Origin: Roseovarius sp. UBA6167
Lineage (GTDB): Bacteria; Pseudomonadota; Alphaproteobacteria; Rhodobacterales; Rhodobacteraceae
DNA: 61,637 bases
Reading direction: 5' to 3'
Assembly: GCA_002428225.1 (NCBI GenBank)
Contig: DIUD01000038.1
Span: 1 to 61,637, forward strand
Of this stretch, positions 10,653 through 21,043 are shown in pieces. The first letter of the stretch is position 1, and each line of letters opens with the position of its first letter. The notes under the pieces were generated by a model. The model did no database searches, had not been told where the DNA came from, and was given only the letters and a program-made list of their open reading frames with translations. The position numbers and the translations under genes are program-made.

Positions 10653-11167
10653 GTGCCCCTCGCAAGCCAGATCACCAGCGCCACCAGCACGGCCAATCCG
10701 GCGAAAAAGACCAGCGCCACAAGACGCGCGCCCCGCCCTGATCGCGGCTCGCCCCCGGGTGCCACCACGCCCGTCGCCCCGCCCGAGGGCAGCGGCGTGA
10801 AGCGCACCGGCGCGCGCTCTTCCTCGAACCGCCCGACCAGCCGCAGCGCCGCCCCCACCACCACAAGCCGCTGCGCGCGGCCCTGAAAGGCGCGCGACGG
10901 CACCAGCAGGACGCGCCCGGCAAGTGCGTCGAGCTGCCCGCGCATCCCGGCCAGGTCGCGCTCGGCGATCCCGTGGCCTTCGGCCAGATAGGACGACAGC
11001 GGCATGTCCTGCAAATCCGCCACGTCGAACAGTTCGACCTTATCGCGCGCCAGCGCCTGCGCCCCGAGCGCCGCGATCACCTCTTCATCGGACAACCCCG
11101 CGTCCATCACCGCGAAGACCCGCAGCACATGCGCCTCATGCGCCGGAATATCGAGCGTGACGCTCAC
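10649..11167 (-). CDS. Conserved hypothetical protein downstream of pyrB with C-terminal TM anchor
   Basis: [19 protein letters not shown]; 4-nt overlap with pyrB. Confidence 0.7.
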   Translation of the reverse strand: MSVTLDIPAHEAHVLRVFAVMDAGLSDEEVIAALGAQALARDKVELFDVADLQDMPLSSYLAEGHGIAERDLAGMRGQLDALAGRVLLVPSRAFQGRAQRLVVVGAALRLVGRFEEERAPVRFTPLPSGGATGVVAPGGEPRSGRGARLVALVFFAGLAVLVALVIWLARGT

Positions 11168-12105
11168 GCCGCGCGCCGCGCCCGCAGGTTCCGCGCCAGC
11201 AGGTCCATCGCCGCCATGCGCACCGCCACGCCCATCTCCACCTGATCGCGGATCACCGAGCGGTTGATGTCGTCGGCGATCTCGCCGTCGATCTCGACAC
11301 CGCGGTTCATCGGCCCCGGATGCATCACGATGGCGTCGGGCCTGGCAACCGCCAGCTTTTCGGCGTCAAGCCCGAAGCGGTGGTAATATTCCCGCTCCGA
11401 GGGGATGAACCCGCCATCCATCCGCTCACGCTGCAATCGCAGCATCATCACCACATCGACGCCTTCCAGCCCCGCGCGCATGTCGTCGAACACCTCGACG
11501 CCGAACTCGGCGATCCCCGCCGGCATGAGCGTGGGCGGCCCGATCAGGCGCACGCGGTTCTCCATCCTGCCCAGAAGCAGGATGTTCGACCGCGCCACCC
11601 GGCTATGGGCGATATCGCCGCAGATCGCTATGGAGAGACGGTGCAGCCGCCCCTTGGCGCGCCGGATCGTCAGCGCATCGAGCAGCGCCTGCGTGGGGTG
11701 TTCGTGGCGCCCGTCGCCCGCGTTGAGCACCGCGCAGCGCACCTTCTGCGCCAGCAGGTCGACCGCGCCGGATTGCGGGTGCCGCACCACCAGCAAATCG
11801 GGATGCATCGCGTTGAGCGTGAGCGCCGTGTCGATCAGCGTCTCGCCCTTCTTGAGGCTCGACGCCTGCATCGCCATGGTCATCACATCCGCGCCAAGCC
11901 GCTTGCCCGCCAGCTCGAAACTCGCCTGGGTGCGGGTCGATGCCTCGAAGAACATGTTGATCTGCGTCAGCCCCGCCAGCGCATCGCCATGCTTGGCCGC
12001 GCTGCGGTTGAGCGTCACGTAATCTTCGGCAAGGTCGAGAATCTCGGTGATGTCGCCGGGCGCCAGCGGCTCGATCCCCAGAAGATGCGCGTGTGGAAAG
12101 GACAT
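11164..12105 (-). CDS. pyrB: Aspartate carbamoyltransferase catalytic subunit
   Basis: [32 protein letters not shown]. Confidence 0.97.
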   Translation of the reverse strand: MSFPHAHLLGIEPLAPGDITEILDLAEDYVTLNRSAAKHGDALAGLTQINMFFEASTRTQASFELAGKRLGADVMTMAMQASSLKKGETLIDTALTLNAMHPDLLVVRHPQSGAVDLLAQKVRCAVLNAGDGRHEHPTQALLDALTIRRAKGRLHRLSIAICGDIAHSRVARSNILLLGRMENRVRLIGPPTLMPAGIAEFGVEVFDDMRAGLEGVDVVMMLRLQRERMDGGFIPSEREYYHRFGLDAEKLAVARPDAIVMHPGPMNRGVEIDGEIADDINRSVIRDQVEMGVAVRMAAMDLLARNLRARRAA

Positions 12106-12227
12106 GCCGCCTCCTTGCGGTTTCTGCCGCGTGACTTGCGCCGACTTGCGCTTATAGAAAGGCGCGCCCCTGTCGGCAAGGCGCGCGCGGGCGCATCCGG
12201 GGCCTGCCCTGCGCGGGTCTGCTCTGC

Positions 12228-13586
12228 TCAGGTCTGCGCCCCCCCCTGGCTTGCCGCTTCGACGGCACCGACCAGCCGCGCCATCACCCGGTCGAGAACG
12301 CCCTGGTCGAGCGCCTCGGCCATGACCCGGATCAGCGGCTCGGTGCCGGAGGCGCGAACGAGCAGCCGCCCGTCGCTGCCCAGTTCGGCCTCGGCCTCGG
12401 CCATGGCGCTCTGCACGATATCGCTTGCAAGCGGGGTCTTGCCCTCGGTGAAACGCACGTTGACAAGCCGCTGCGGCACCGGCTCGAAGACCTGCGCGAG
12501 CGCGCTTGCCTTCTGCCCGGTCTCGACCATCGCGGCGAGGAATTGCAGCGCCCCGATGAGGCCGTCGCCGGTGGTGGCGTAATCGGTCATCACGATATGG
12601 CCCGACTGCTCGCCGCCCAGGTTGTGCCCGCCCGCACGCATCGCCTCGACCACATGCCGGTCGCCCACCGGCGTGCGCCTGAGCGCGATGCCCTGCGCCG
12701 CGAGATGCCGCTCCAGCCCGAGATTGGACATCACCGTGGCCACCAGCGTGTCGCCCGCAAGCCGCCCCTCGCGCGCCCAGCGTGTCGCAATCAGCGCCAT
12801 GAACTGATCGCCGTCGGCCACCCGGCCCTGTTCGTCGATGAGCACCACCCGGTCGGCATCGCCATCGAGGCAGATGCCCAGATCGGCGCGCGTCTCCAGC
12901 ACCTTGCGCGCCGCCGCGTCGGGCTTGGTCGAGCCGCAATCGAGGTTGATGTTGTAGCCGTCCGGCTCCACGCCAAGGGCGATCACCTCGGCCCCCAGCT
13001 CCTCTAGCACCTCGGGCGCCGCGCGATAGGCCGCGCCATTGGCACAATCGAGCACGATCCGAAGCCCGTCGAGACGGCGCCCGCGGGGAAAGGTCGTCTT
13101 GGCATATTCCACATAGCGCCCGCGCGCATCGTCCACGCGGCGTGCACGGCCGATATCGCCGGGGGCCGCGGGGCTGACACCCTCTGCCATCAGCCGCTCG
13201 ATGGCCGCCTCGGCCTCGTCGCTCAGCTTGAACCCGTCGGGACCAAAGAGCTTGATGCCGTTATCGTCGGCGGGGTTGTGGCTGGCGGAGATCATCACAC
13301 CCACATCGGCGCGCAGGGAATGCGTGAGATAGCCGATCGCAGGTGTCGGCATCGGCCCCAGCAGGAACACGTTCATCCCGGTCGAGGTGAAGCCGGCGGT
13401 CAGGGCATATTCGATCATGTAGCCCGAACGCCGCGTGTCCTTGCCGATCACCACGCGGTGCTCCTTCTTGTCGGTGCGGAAATAGCGCCCCGCCGCCGCG
13501 CCCAGACGCAGCGCCATGTCGGCGGTCATCGGCCAGCTGTTCGCCTGCCCGCGAATCCCGTCCGTGCCGAAAAGCCTCCTGGCCAT
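12228..13586 (-). CDS. glmM: Phosphoglucosamine mutase
   Basis: [35 protein letters not shown]. Confidence 0.96.
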   Translation of the reverse strand: MARRLFGTDGIRGQANSWPMTADMALRLGAAAGRYFRTDKKEHRVVIGKDTRRSGYMIEYALTAGFTSTGMNVFLLGPMPTPAIGYLTHSLRADVGVMISASHNPADDNGIKLFGPDGFKLSDEAEAAIERLMAEGVSPAAPGDIGRARRVDDARGRYVEYAKTTFPRGRRLDGLRIVLDCANGAAYRAAPEVLEELGAEVIALGVEPDGYNINLDCGSTKPDAAARKVLETRADLGICLDGDADRVVLIDEQGRVADGDQFMALIATRWAREGRLAGDTLVATVMSNLGLERHLAAQGIALRRTPVGDRHVVEAMRAGGHNLGGEQSGHIVMTDYATTGDGLIGALQFLAAMVETGQKASALAQVFEPVPQRLVNVRFTEGKTPLASDIVQSAMAEAEAELGSDGRLLVRASGTEPLIRVMAEALDQGVLDRVMARLVGAVEAASQGGAQT

Positions 13587-13687
13587 TGTGCAACTCCCTG
13601 AGCAATCTCGCGCACCGTGCATCGTGCAGCCCACCGGCTCATATCCTGCGTTTGCGTCGCTGTCCAATGTTGCGCAACGCGTGGCCC

Positions 13688-13750
13688 GGCATCGGGCGGA
13701 CGACTGCGCGCGCCATGGCCCGCGATGGCAGCGAAATGATCGCCGCCGAT
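13688..13750 (+). pseudogene. Probable remnant of an SDR oxidoreductase N-terminus
   Basis: Translates [21 protein letters not shown], similar to the SDR Rossmann GIGRA.A.AMAREGA.VIATD; no continuation. Confidence 0.45.
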
Positions 13751-13768
13751 GCGGTCCGGGCGAGGGGA

Positions 13769-14125
13769 TCAGCCCTGCGGCGCATCCACGAGCGCAAGAA
13801 GCGCCTCGGGCGGGCGGCCGATCACGGCGCGATCCCTTGCAATGGCGATGGGGCGCTCGATCAGGATCGGGTTCTCGGCCATCGCCCCGAGGAGCGTCTC
13901 GGGGTCGCTGTCGCGGCTCAGCCCCAGTTCGCGGAACCTTGCCTCACCCGTGCGCATCATAGCGACAGGCTCAAGCCCGAGCCGCGCCAGCACCGCGCGC
14001 AATTCCTCGATCGTGGGCGGATCGTCGAGATAGCGCCGAACCTCGACCGCCGCGCCATGCTCTTGCAACAGCGCCAGCCCCTGCCGCGATTTCGAGCAGC
14101 GCGGATTGTGCCAACAGGTCATCAC
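13769..14125 (-). CDS. arsC: Arsenate reductase, glutaredoxin-dependent ArsC family
   Basis: [23 protein letters not shown]. Confidence 0.9.
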   Translation of the reverse strand: MMTCWHNPRCSKSRQGLALLQEHGAAVEVRRYLDDPPTIEELRAVLARLGLEPVAMMRTGEARFRELGLSRDSDPETLLGAMAENPILIERPIAIARDRAVIGRPPEALLALVDAPQG

Positions 14126-15180
14126 AGCCAGTCCTCCCGTTTGCTGCCCACGGCCTCGGCCACGGTGGCATACCCGTCGCGCGCCAGCAGCGCATCGAGC
14201 CCGCGCGCGATGCGCGCCGCCAGCGACAGCCCCTCATAGACCAGCGCCGAATAAAGCTGCACCGCGCTCGCGCCGGCGCGGATCTTGGCATAGGCGTCCT
14301 CGGCAGAGGCGATCCCGCCCACGCCAACGAGCGGCAGCCGGCCCTCCGTCAACTGCGACAGCCGCGCCAGAACGCGCGTCGATTTCCCGAACAGGGGCGC
14401 GCCCGACAGCCCCCCCGCCTGATCCCTCTGCGGGCTTTTCAGCCCGTCCCGGGCCAGCGTCGTGTTGGTGGCGACGATCCCCGACACCCCGCCCTCGCGC
14501 GCCACATCGGCGATTTCCGAAAGCTCCGTGTCACTCAGGTCCGGCGCGATCTTGAGGAATATCGGGATGGGCCGCGCCAGCGCGTCGCGCGCCGCCATCA
14601 CCCCCGCCAGCAGCGCCGAGAGCGCCTCGGCCCCCTGCAAGTCGCGCAGGCGCTCGGTATTGGGGCTGCTGACGTTGACCGTGGCGAAATCGAGATGCGC
14701 GCCGCAATGCGCCAGGACGCGCGCGAAATCGCCCGCGCGGTCGGCGCTGTCCTTGTTGGCGCCAAGGTTGAGGCCGATGATCCCTTCCTTGGGGCGCTTT
14801 GCCAGCCGCGGGGCCACCGCCTCCATCCCGTCGTTGTTGAAGCCGAAGCGGTTGATAACGCCGCGATCCTCGGTCAGGCGGAAAAGCCGCGGGCGCGGAT
14901 TGCCCGCCTGCGGGCGCGGCGTGACGGCACCCACCTCGACAAAGCCGAACCCCGCCCGGCAGAGCGGGGCGAGGGCCTCGGCGTTCTTGTCGAAGCCGGC
15001 GGCAAGGCCCACCGGATTGGGCAGGGCCAGCCCCGCGAGATCGGTGCGCAGGCGCGGGCCTGTCACCGGCCCCGGCTGCGGCGCAAGCCCCAGCCTCAAC
15101 GCCCGCAGCGCCAGCGCGTGCGCGCGCTCCGGGTCGAGCCGGTGCAGAAGGCCAAGGCCGACCCGCTCCAGCGCCCTCAT
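14122..15180 (-). CDS. pyrD: Quinone-dependent dihydroorotate dehydrogenase
   Basis: [35 protein letters not shown]. Confidence 0.96.
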   Translation of the reverse strand: MRALERVGLGLLHRLDPERAHALALRALRLGLAPQPGPVTGPRLRTDLAGLALPNPVGLAAGFDKNAEALAPLCRAGFGFVEVGAVTPRPQAGNPRPRLFRLTEDRGVINRFGFNNDGMEAVAPRLAKRPKEGIIGLNLGANKDSADRAGDFARVLAHCGAHLDFATVNVSSPNTERLRDLQGAEALSALLAGVMAARDALARPIPIFLKIAPDLSDTELSEIADVAREGGVSGIVATNTTLARDGLKSPQRDQAGGLSGAPLFGKSTRVLARLSQLTEGRLPLVGVGGIASAEDAYAKIRAGASAVQLYSALVYEGLSLAARIARGLDALLARDGYATVAEAVGSKREDWL

Positions 15181-15515
15181 GCCAGCCCTGCCGGGAATTG
15201 ATGCGCGCCGCCGGCCAGCGGCAAGGGCTGCGCCCAGACCACATCGGCAAGCCGCAGCTCGCGGTAGAGATGCGGGAACAGCGCACCGCCGCGCGACGGC
15301 TCCCAGCGCAGCGCCTCGCCCAGCCGGTCGCTGTCCACCGCCAGAAGCATCAGCCCCGCCTCGCCCGCGAAATGCCGTGCCGCCGTCTCGGGGGCCTGTC
15401 GGGCGGTCGAGAAATGCACGAACCCGTCCGCCAGATCGGCCGGCGCGCCGCGCGTCGCGCCCTGCGCGCGCAGGGCCGCCCATTCGGGCGCACGGAATAT
15501 CTTGTAGATCAGCAT
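15177..15515 (-). CDS. DUF952 family protein
   Basis: [27 protein letters not shown]; usual partner upstream of pyrD. Confidence 0.92.
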   Translation of the reverse strand: MLIYKIFRAPEWAALRAQGATRGAPADLADGFVHFSTARQAPETAARHFAGEAGLMLLAVDSDRLGEALRWEPSRGGALFPHLYRELRLADVVWAQPLPLAGGAHQFPAGLA

Positions 15516-15573
15516 GACCGTGGTGATGCCCCGCCCGTGCCGCCCCGTCAAGCGATGCCTGCCGCCCGCCCCT

Positions 15574-16536
15574 TCAGGCCGCCAGCCCCCTGGACCCCAG
15601 CTTGAGGAATTTCTCGCGCCGGTCGCGGATCAGGGCCGCGCGGTCCTTGGCCGAAAGCTCGCTCAGCATGGCCGAGATCGCCTTGCCCACGGCGGCGATG
15701 GTGGCGGCGCGGTCACGATGCGCGCCGCCCAGGGGCTCGTCAATGATGCGGTCGATCACGCCCAGCCTGACCAGGTCCTGCGCGGTGAGGCGCAGCGCCT
15801 CGGCGGCCTCGCGCATCTTCTCGGCATCCTTCCACAGGATCGAGGCGCAGCCCTCGGGCGAGATCACCGAATAGACCGAATGTTCCAGCATCGCCACGCG
15901 GTTGGCGCTGGCAAAGGCCACCGCACCGCCCGATCCCCCCTCGCCGATAATCACCGAGACCAGCGGCACACCGAGGCACAGGCAGGTCTCGGTGGCGCGC
16001 GCGATGGCCTCGGATTGCCCGCGCTCCTCGGCGCCCTTGCCCGGATAGGCGCCGGGCGTGTCCACCAGCGTCACCACCGGCAGACCGAAACGGTCCGCCA
16101 TCTGCATCAGGCGCACCGCCTTGCGATAGCCCTCGGGCCGGGCCATGCCGAAATTGTGGGTAAGGCGCGACTTGGTGTCGTGGCCCTTTTCATGGCCGAT
16201 CACCATGACAGGCCGATCGTTGAGCCGCGCCAACCCGCCCATCACCGCCGCATCCTCGCCAAAGACACGGTCGCCGGCGAGCGGGGTGTATTCGGTAAAG
16301 AGCGCGTCGATATAATCATGGCAATGCGGCCGGTCGGGATGGCGGGCGACCTGGCACTTGCGCCAGGGCGTGAGCGATCTGTAGAGATCGCGCAACAGCG
16401 CCGCCGCCTTGGCATCGAGCGCGCGCGCCTCTTCCTCGACATCGGTCTCCTGGTTGGTGCGGGCAATCGCGCGCAACTCCTCGGCCTTGCCTTCGATCTC
16501 GGCAAGCGGCTTCTCGAAGTCGAGGTAATGGGTCAT
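15574..16536 (-). CDS. accA: Acetyl-CoA carboxylase carboxyltransferase alpha subunit
   Basis: [39 protein letters not shown]. Confidence 0.97.
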   Translation of the reverse strand: MTHYLDFEKPLAEIEGKAEELRAIARTNQETDVEEEARALDAKAAALLRDLYRSLTPWRKCQVARHPDRPHCHDYIDALFTEYTPLAGDRVFGEDAAVMGGLARLNDRPVMVIGHEKGHDTKSRLTHNFGMARPEGYRKAVRLMQMADRFGLPVVTLVDTPGAYPGKGAEERGQSEAIARATETCLCLGVPLVSVIIGEGGSGGAVAFASANRVAMLEHSVYSVISPEGCASILWKDAEKMREAAEALRLTAQDLVRLGVIDRIIDEPLGGAHRDRAATIAAVGKAISAMLSELSAKDRAALIRDRREKFLKLGSRGLAA

Positions 16537-16598
16537 CGCGCGGCCCTCCGGTCTGGACGCCCCGCTATATGGCGGCAGGCGGCGGGATTTGCAATCGG

Positions 16599-17195
16599 TC
16601 AAACCGGCCAGAGCACGGGCACCAGCGTGGCCAGCAAGAGCGCGGCCATCACCCGGTTGAAAAGGCGCAGGCGCGCGGGGCTGCGCAGGACGCCGCGGAT
16701 CTGCTGGCCCAGCGTGGTCCAGGTGGTGGTGCTGATGATGCCGCAGGCCACATAGATCCCCGCCACCACAAGCACCGCGCCAAGATCACGCCCCGCCGCG
16801 TAGAGCGTCACCGCCGAGAGCGCCATGCTCCACGCCTTGGGGTTGACCCACTGAAAGGCCGTGGCCTGAACGAAGGTGAGCGGGCGGCCTTCGGTCTTGG
16901 CATCCTCAGGCGGGGCGGCGTTGGCGATTTTCCACGCCAGCCACAGCAGATAGCCGACCGAGAGAAGCTTGAGCACGAGATAGGCGGGCGGCCAGAGATC
17001 GAAAAGCTGCATCACCCCGAGCCCCACGCAGACCAGCATCGCCGGAAAGCCCAGCCCCACCCCCAGCATGTGCGGGATGGTGCGCGCGAAGCCGAAATTC
17101 GTGCCCGAGGCCATCAGCATCAGGTTGTTCGGCCCCGGCGTGATAACCGAGACAAAGGCAAAGGCGACAAGGGCCGAAAGAAGTTCAAGCGTCAT
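16599..17195 (-). CDS. LysE/RhtB family translocator
   Basis: [16 protein letters not shown]. Confidence 0.92.
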   Translation of the reverse strand: MTLELLSALVAFAFVSVITPGPNNLMLMASGTNFGFARTIPHMLGVGLGFPAMLVCVGLGVMQLFDLWPPAYLVLKLLSVGYLLWLAWKIANAAPPEDAKTEGRPLTFVQATAFQWVNPKAWSMALSAVTLYAAGRDLGAVLVVAGIYVACGIISTTTWTTLGQQIRGVLRSPARLRLFNRVMAALLLATLVPVLWPV

Positions 17196-17232
17196 GGCAC
17201 AACATCCTGTGGCACAACATATGGCACGACAC
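17195..17232. repeat. Three imperfect direct repeats TGGCAC(A/G)ACA just upstream of the LysE gene
   Basis: Copies at 17195, 17210 and 17222. Confidence 0.7.
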
Positions 17233-17332
17233 CATGCGGCCGCCTCTCCCGCGCGCCGCCGGCGGGGTGCAGGACATCCGCGCAGAGCCGGCCAGCCGCG
17301 CCATTTCACGGTCTTCACGACGGCCCCGCGCG

Positions 17333-17364
17333 AAAACAGAAACGGGGGCCGCTGTTTCGGCCCC
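17333..17364 (-). terminator. Intrinsic terminator of the putative sRNA
   Basis: 7-bp GC stem, 6-nt loop, U-rich tail on the minus strand. Confidence 0.7.
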
Positions 17365-17428
17365 TCGTTCCCGCCTGCTCGTTCCCGCCTGCCACCATTA
17401 TCCGCGCGGACCAACCCGCACATCGTCA
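17333..17428 (-). ncRNA. Putative small RNA (~95 nt)
   Basis: Bounded by a TTGACT-N17-CTATAT promoter and a GGGGCCG-aaacag-CGGCCCC hairpin followed by GTTTCTGTTTT; internal 14-nt tandem repeat. Confidence 0.55.
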
Positions 17429-17434
17429 CCCAAG

Positions 17435-17463
17435 ATATAGTCGATTCTTATCGAATCAGTCAA
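17435..17463 (-). promoter_or_regulatory. sigma70-type promoter with two GANTC sites in the spacer
   Basis: -35 TTGACT (17458-17463), 17-bp spacer containing GATTC and GAATC, -10 CTATAT (17435-17440). Confidence 0.7.
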
Positions 17464-17491
17464 CAAGATGTGTTTCGCAGATCAAGAATAT

Positions 17492-19504
17492 TCAGGCCGC
17501 CAGCCCCCGCCCCCCAAGCAGCGCCGCAACCCCCGGCATCCGCCCGCGAAACGCCTCGTAAAGCCTTGCCGCCTCGTCGGTGCCGCCGCGCGACAGGATT
17601 TCACGCTCAAGCGCGCGCGCCCGGCCCGGATCGAACGCCCCGCCCGCCTCGATGAAGCTGGCAAAGGCATCGGCATCCATCACCTCGGACCACATGTAGC
17701 TGTAATAGCCCGCAGCATAGCCGTCGCCCGAAAACACATGGGCGAAATGCGGGGTGGCGTGGCGCATGGCGATGGCGGGCGGCATCTCGATCTCGCGCAG
17801 CACCTCTGCCTGCCGCGCCATCACATCCGCCGGCACCACGCCCTCGTGAAAGGCCAGATCGACAAGCGCCGAGGCCACATACTCGACCGTCTGAAAGCCC
17901 ATGTCGAAACGCGCCGCCCCCAGCACCTTGTCGAGCAACGCCTGCGGCATCGGCGCGCCGGTCTCCACATGGCGGGCATGGCGCCCGAGCACCTCTGGCA
18001 CCTCCAGCCAGTGCTCGTATAGCTGGCTGGGCAATTCCACGAAATCGCGCGCCACGTTGGTGCCCGAGAGCGACTCGTAGGTCACGTCCGACAGCATCTG
18101 ATGCAGCGCATGGCCGAACTCGTGAAACAACGTGCGCGCGTCGTCATAGCCCAGCAGCGCCGGATCGCCCTTGGCGAAATTGCACACGTTGATTACCACC
18201 GGGGCCTGCGGCCGCGGCCACTTTGCCTGCCCGCGCATGGCCGAGCACCACGCGCCCGACCGCTTGGAGCCGCGCGCGAAATAATCGCCGATGAAGACCG
18301 CGACGTGACGGCCCGCGCGCCTTACCTCCCACGCCCGGCAATCGGGGTGATAAAGGGGCACGTCGAGCGGGATGAATTCCAGCCCGAAGAGGCGTTGCGC
18401 GCAATCGAAGGCCGCGCCGATCATGGCCTCGAGCGAGAGATAGGGCTTGACCTCCGCCTCGTCGAAATCGTGCTCGGCCTGCCGCCGCTTCTCGGCGTAA
18501 TAGCGCCAGTCCCAGGGCGCCGGATCGCCATTGATCCCATCGGCGCGCATCATCGCGGCGAGCGTGGCGGCATCGCGTTCGGCCTGCGCGCGGGCGGGCT
18601 CCCAGACCGCCATGAGCAGGTCGCGCACGGCCCCGGGCGTCTTGGCCATCTCGGTTTCCAGCTTGTAGGCGGCAAAGCTGTCATAGCCCAGAAGCCGCGC
18701 GCGCTCGGCGCGCAGCGCGAGGATCTCGGCGGCGATGGCGCGGTTATCGGTCGTGCCGCCCATGGCCCCGCGCGCGGCCCAGGCTTGATAGGCCCGCCGG
18801 CGCAGATCGCGGCGCGTCGAGAATTGCAGGAACGGCACGATGAGCGAGCGCGACAGCGTGATGACCGGCCCCTCTGCCCCCCTTTCGCGCCCCGCCGCAC
18901 GGGCAGCATCAACGACGAAACCGGGCAGCCCCTCCAGATCCTCCTCGGCAAGGGCCATGTGCCAGCCCGCCTCATCCGCAAGCAGGTTCTGGACAAAGGC
19001 GGTGCCAAGCTCGGCCAGCCGCGCCATGATCGCGCGCATCCGCGCCTCTTCGGCCCCGCTCAGCATGGCCCCGGCCCGACGAAAGGCGCGATGCGTGAGC
19101 ATCAGGAGCCGCGCCTCCTCCGGCCCCAGCCCGAGCGCGTCACGTCCCTGCCAGAGCGTGTCGATACGCGCAAACAGCGCCTTGTTGCCGTAAATCTCCG
19201 AGGAATGGGCAGCAAGGCGAGGCGCGAAATCGCGTTGCAGAGCCTGCCGCGCCGGGGTGCTGTCCGCCCCCGCCAGCGTGAAGAACACCGACAACACCCG
19301 GTCGAGCGCCTTGCCCGAAGCCTCCAGCGCCTGAATCGTGTTGGCGAAGCTGGGCGCCTCGGGATTGTCGGCAATCGCCGCGATCTCGGCGCGCGCCGCC
19401 GCCATCGCCGCCTCGAAGGCGGGGGCGAAATCCTCGTCGGTGATCGCGTCGAATGGCGCAAGGCCAAAGGGCGTGTCCCACTCAACCAGCAACGGGTTGG
19501 TCAT
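17492..19504 (-). CDS. dcp: M3 family metallopeptidase (peptidyl-dipeptidase Dcp-like)
   Basis: FHEFGHALH, DFVELPSQ, GYAAGYYSYMW. Confidence 0.93.
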   Translation of the reverse strand: MTNPLLVEWDTPFGLAPFDAITDEDFAPAFEAAMAAARAEIAAIADNPEAPSFANTIQALEASGKALDRVLSVFFTLAGADSTPARQALQRDFAPRLAAHSSEIYGNKALFARIDTLWQGRDALGLGPEEARLLMLTHRAFRRAGAMLSGAEEARMRAIMARLAELGTAFVQNLLADEAGWHMALAEEDLEGLPGFVVDAARAAGRERGAEGPVITLSRSLIVPFLQFSTRRDLRRRAYQAWAARGAMGGTTDNRAIAAEILALRAERARLLGYDSFAAYKLETEMAKTPGAVRDLLMAVWEPARAQAERDAATLAAMMRADGINGDPAPWDWRYYAEKRRQAEHDFDEAEVKPYLSLEAMIGAAFDCAQRLFGLEFIPLDVPLYHPDCRAWEVRRAGRHVAVFIGDYFARGSKRSGAWCSAMRGQAKWPRPQAPVVINVCNFAKGDPALLGYDDARTLFHEFGHALHQMLSDVTYESLSGTNVARDFVELPSQLYEHWLEVPEVLGRHARHVETGAPMPQALLDKVLGAARFDMGFQTVEYVASALVDLAFHEGVVPADVMARQAEVLREIEMPPAIAMRHATPHFAHVFSGDGYAAGYYSYMWSEVMDADAFASFIEAGGAFDPGRARALEREILSRGGTDEAARLYEAFRGRMPGVAALLGGRGLAA

Positions 19505-20549
19505 CTCTCTCTCCCTTCGCGCCGCAGACCGGGCAATCGGGCCGGGCGCTCAGCATGATCTTGCGGCTTTCGCCGTAAAGCGCATCGTAAATCAGCATCT
19601 CGCCGCGCAGGGCCCGGCCCGCGCCGGTAATCACCTTGATCGCCTCGACGGCCATCATCGCCCCCACCACGCCGGGCAGCGGCCCGAGCACCCCCGCCTC
19701 GGCACATGACGGCACAAGGCCCGGCGCGGGGGCCTGCGGGAAAACGCACTGGTAACAGGGCGCGCCGCGCGCCGGGTCGAACACGCTCAACTGCCCCTCC
19801 CATTGCGCGAGCGCGCCCGAAATCAGCGGCTTGCCAAGGGCGGTGGCGGTGGCGTTGACCAGATAGCGGGTGGCGAAATTGTCGGTGCCGTCAAGGATGA
19901 GGTCATAGTCGGCAAAGAGGTCGGCGGCGATCTCGGGGGCAAGGCGGCGGGCATAGGGGCGCACCGTGATATTCGGGTTCTGCGCCAGCATCGCCCGTTG
20001 TGCGGATTGCACTTTTGGCAAACCTATATCGGTATCTCTGTGGATAACCTGCCGTTGCAGGTTGGAATTATCCACCTCGTCATCGTCGATCACCCCGATG
20101 GTGCCCACCCCCGCCGCCGCCAGATACAAGAGCACCGGAGAGCCGAGCCCGCCCGCGCCGATCACCAGCACGCGCGCCTGCTTGAGCGCCTTCTGCCCCG
20201 GCCCGCCGATCTCGCGCAGAACGATATGGCGGGCGTAGCGGCCAAGTTCCGCCTCGGAGAAAAGCGGCTTCTTCTCCGGGTCCACGGCGCGCGCCCCCGC
20301 CCGCCTGCGCAGACGCTCAAGCCCCGCGCGATAGGCCAGCACCGCAACCGCCGCCCCGCCGAGAAGCAGCCAGAGCGCGGCGCTCCCGCCCATGGCCAGG
20401 CGGACCGGATGCCCCTCGCGCAGCACGAGATGGCCCAGCACCACCGCCCCCCAGAGCCCCGCGATCATCCCAAGGCGCAGCCGGCGCGGCGTGCCCGTCA
20501 GCGCGCCCAGACCCCAGAGCACGGCGGCCAAGGCCAGAACCAGCCCCAT
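19482..20549 (-). CDS. moeB: HesA/MoeB/ThiF family adenylyltransferase with N-terminal TM extension
   Basis: RYARHIVL, GAGGLGSP, SNLQRQ, DGTDNF, CYQC and CPVC. Confidence 0.88.
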   Translation of the reverse strand: MGLVLALAAVLWGLGALTGTPRRLRLGMIAGLWGAVVLGHLVLREGHPVRLAMGGSAALWLLLGGAAVAVLAYRAGLERLRRRAGARAVDPEKKPLFSEAELGRYARHIVLREIGGPGQKALKQARVLVIGAGGLGSPVLLYLAAAGVGTIGVIDDDEVDNSNLQRQVIHRDTDIGLPKVQSAQRAMLAQNPNITVRPYARRLAPEIAADLFADYDLILDGTDNFATRYLVNATATALGKPLISGALAQWEGQLSVFDPARGAPCYQCVFPQAPAPGLVPSCAEAGVLGPLPGVVGAMMAVEAIKVITGAGRALRGEMLIYDALYGESRKIMLSARPDCPVCGAKGERDDQPVAG

Positions 20550-21004
20550 CAGCCAAGCCCCGTCGAGCCAAAGCCGCCCGCGCCGCGCGCGGTCCCGTCA
20601 AGCGCGGCAACCAGATCGAACCGCGCCTGCACCACCGGGGCCACCACCATCTGCGCGATGCGTGCGCCATGGACAATCTCGAACGGCTCGGTCCCGGCAT
20701 TCATCACGATCACCCCCAGAGGCCCGCGATAATCGCTGTCGATCGTGCCGGGGCTGTTGGGCAGGGTGATGCCATGCCGGAGCGCCAGCCCCGAACGCGG
20801 GCGCAACTGCACCTCATGGCCCGCAGGCACGGCGATGCGCAGCCCCGTCGGCACCAGCACCCGCCCACCGGGAACCAGCACCACCGCGCCACGATCGGGG
20901 AAATTCGCGCGCAGATCGGCCCCCGCCGCGCCCGCCGTCGCATAGGCGGGCAGGCCAAGCGCCCGATCCGCGCCCTCCTCCCATGCCACCTCGATGCTCA
21001 GCAT
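20549..21004 (-). CDS. dut: dUTP diphosphatase
   Basis: [31 protein letters not shown]. Confidence 0.97.
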   Translation of the reverse strand: MLSIEVAWEEGADRALGLPAYATAGAAGADLRANFPDRGAVVLVPGGRVLVPTGLRIAVPAGHEVQLRPRSGLALRHGITLPNSPGTIDSDYRGPLGVIVMNAGTEPFEIVHGARIAQMVVAPVVQARFDLVAALDGTARGAGGFGSTGLG

Positions 21005-21043
21005 CGCCCCATCGCCTTCATCTTGCCAAAAATATCCAGATCC

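Noticed and set aside
8213-14125. Arsenosugar or arsenic-resistance cluster (TIGR04282-family gene plus arsC)
   Set aside because: The genes are 5 kb apart in unrelated operons, with no arsM, radical SAM arsS, partner glycosyltransferase, arsR or efflux pump
17222-17237. sigma54 promoter (TGGCAC...TGC)
   Set aside because: GG-to-GC spacing is off by one and the motif is part of a local repeat
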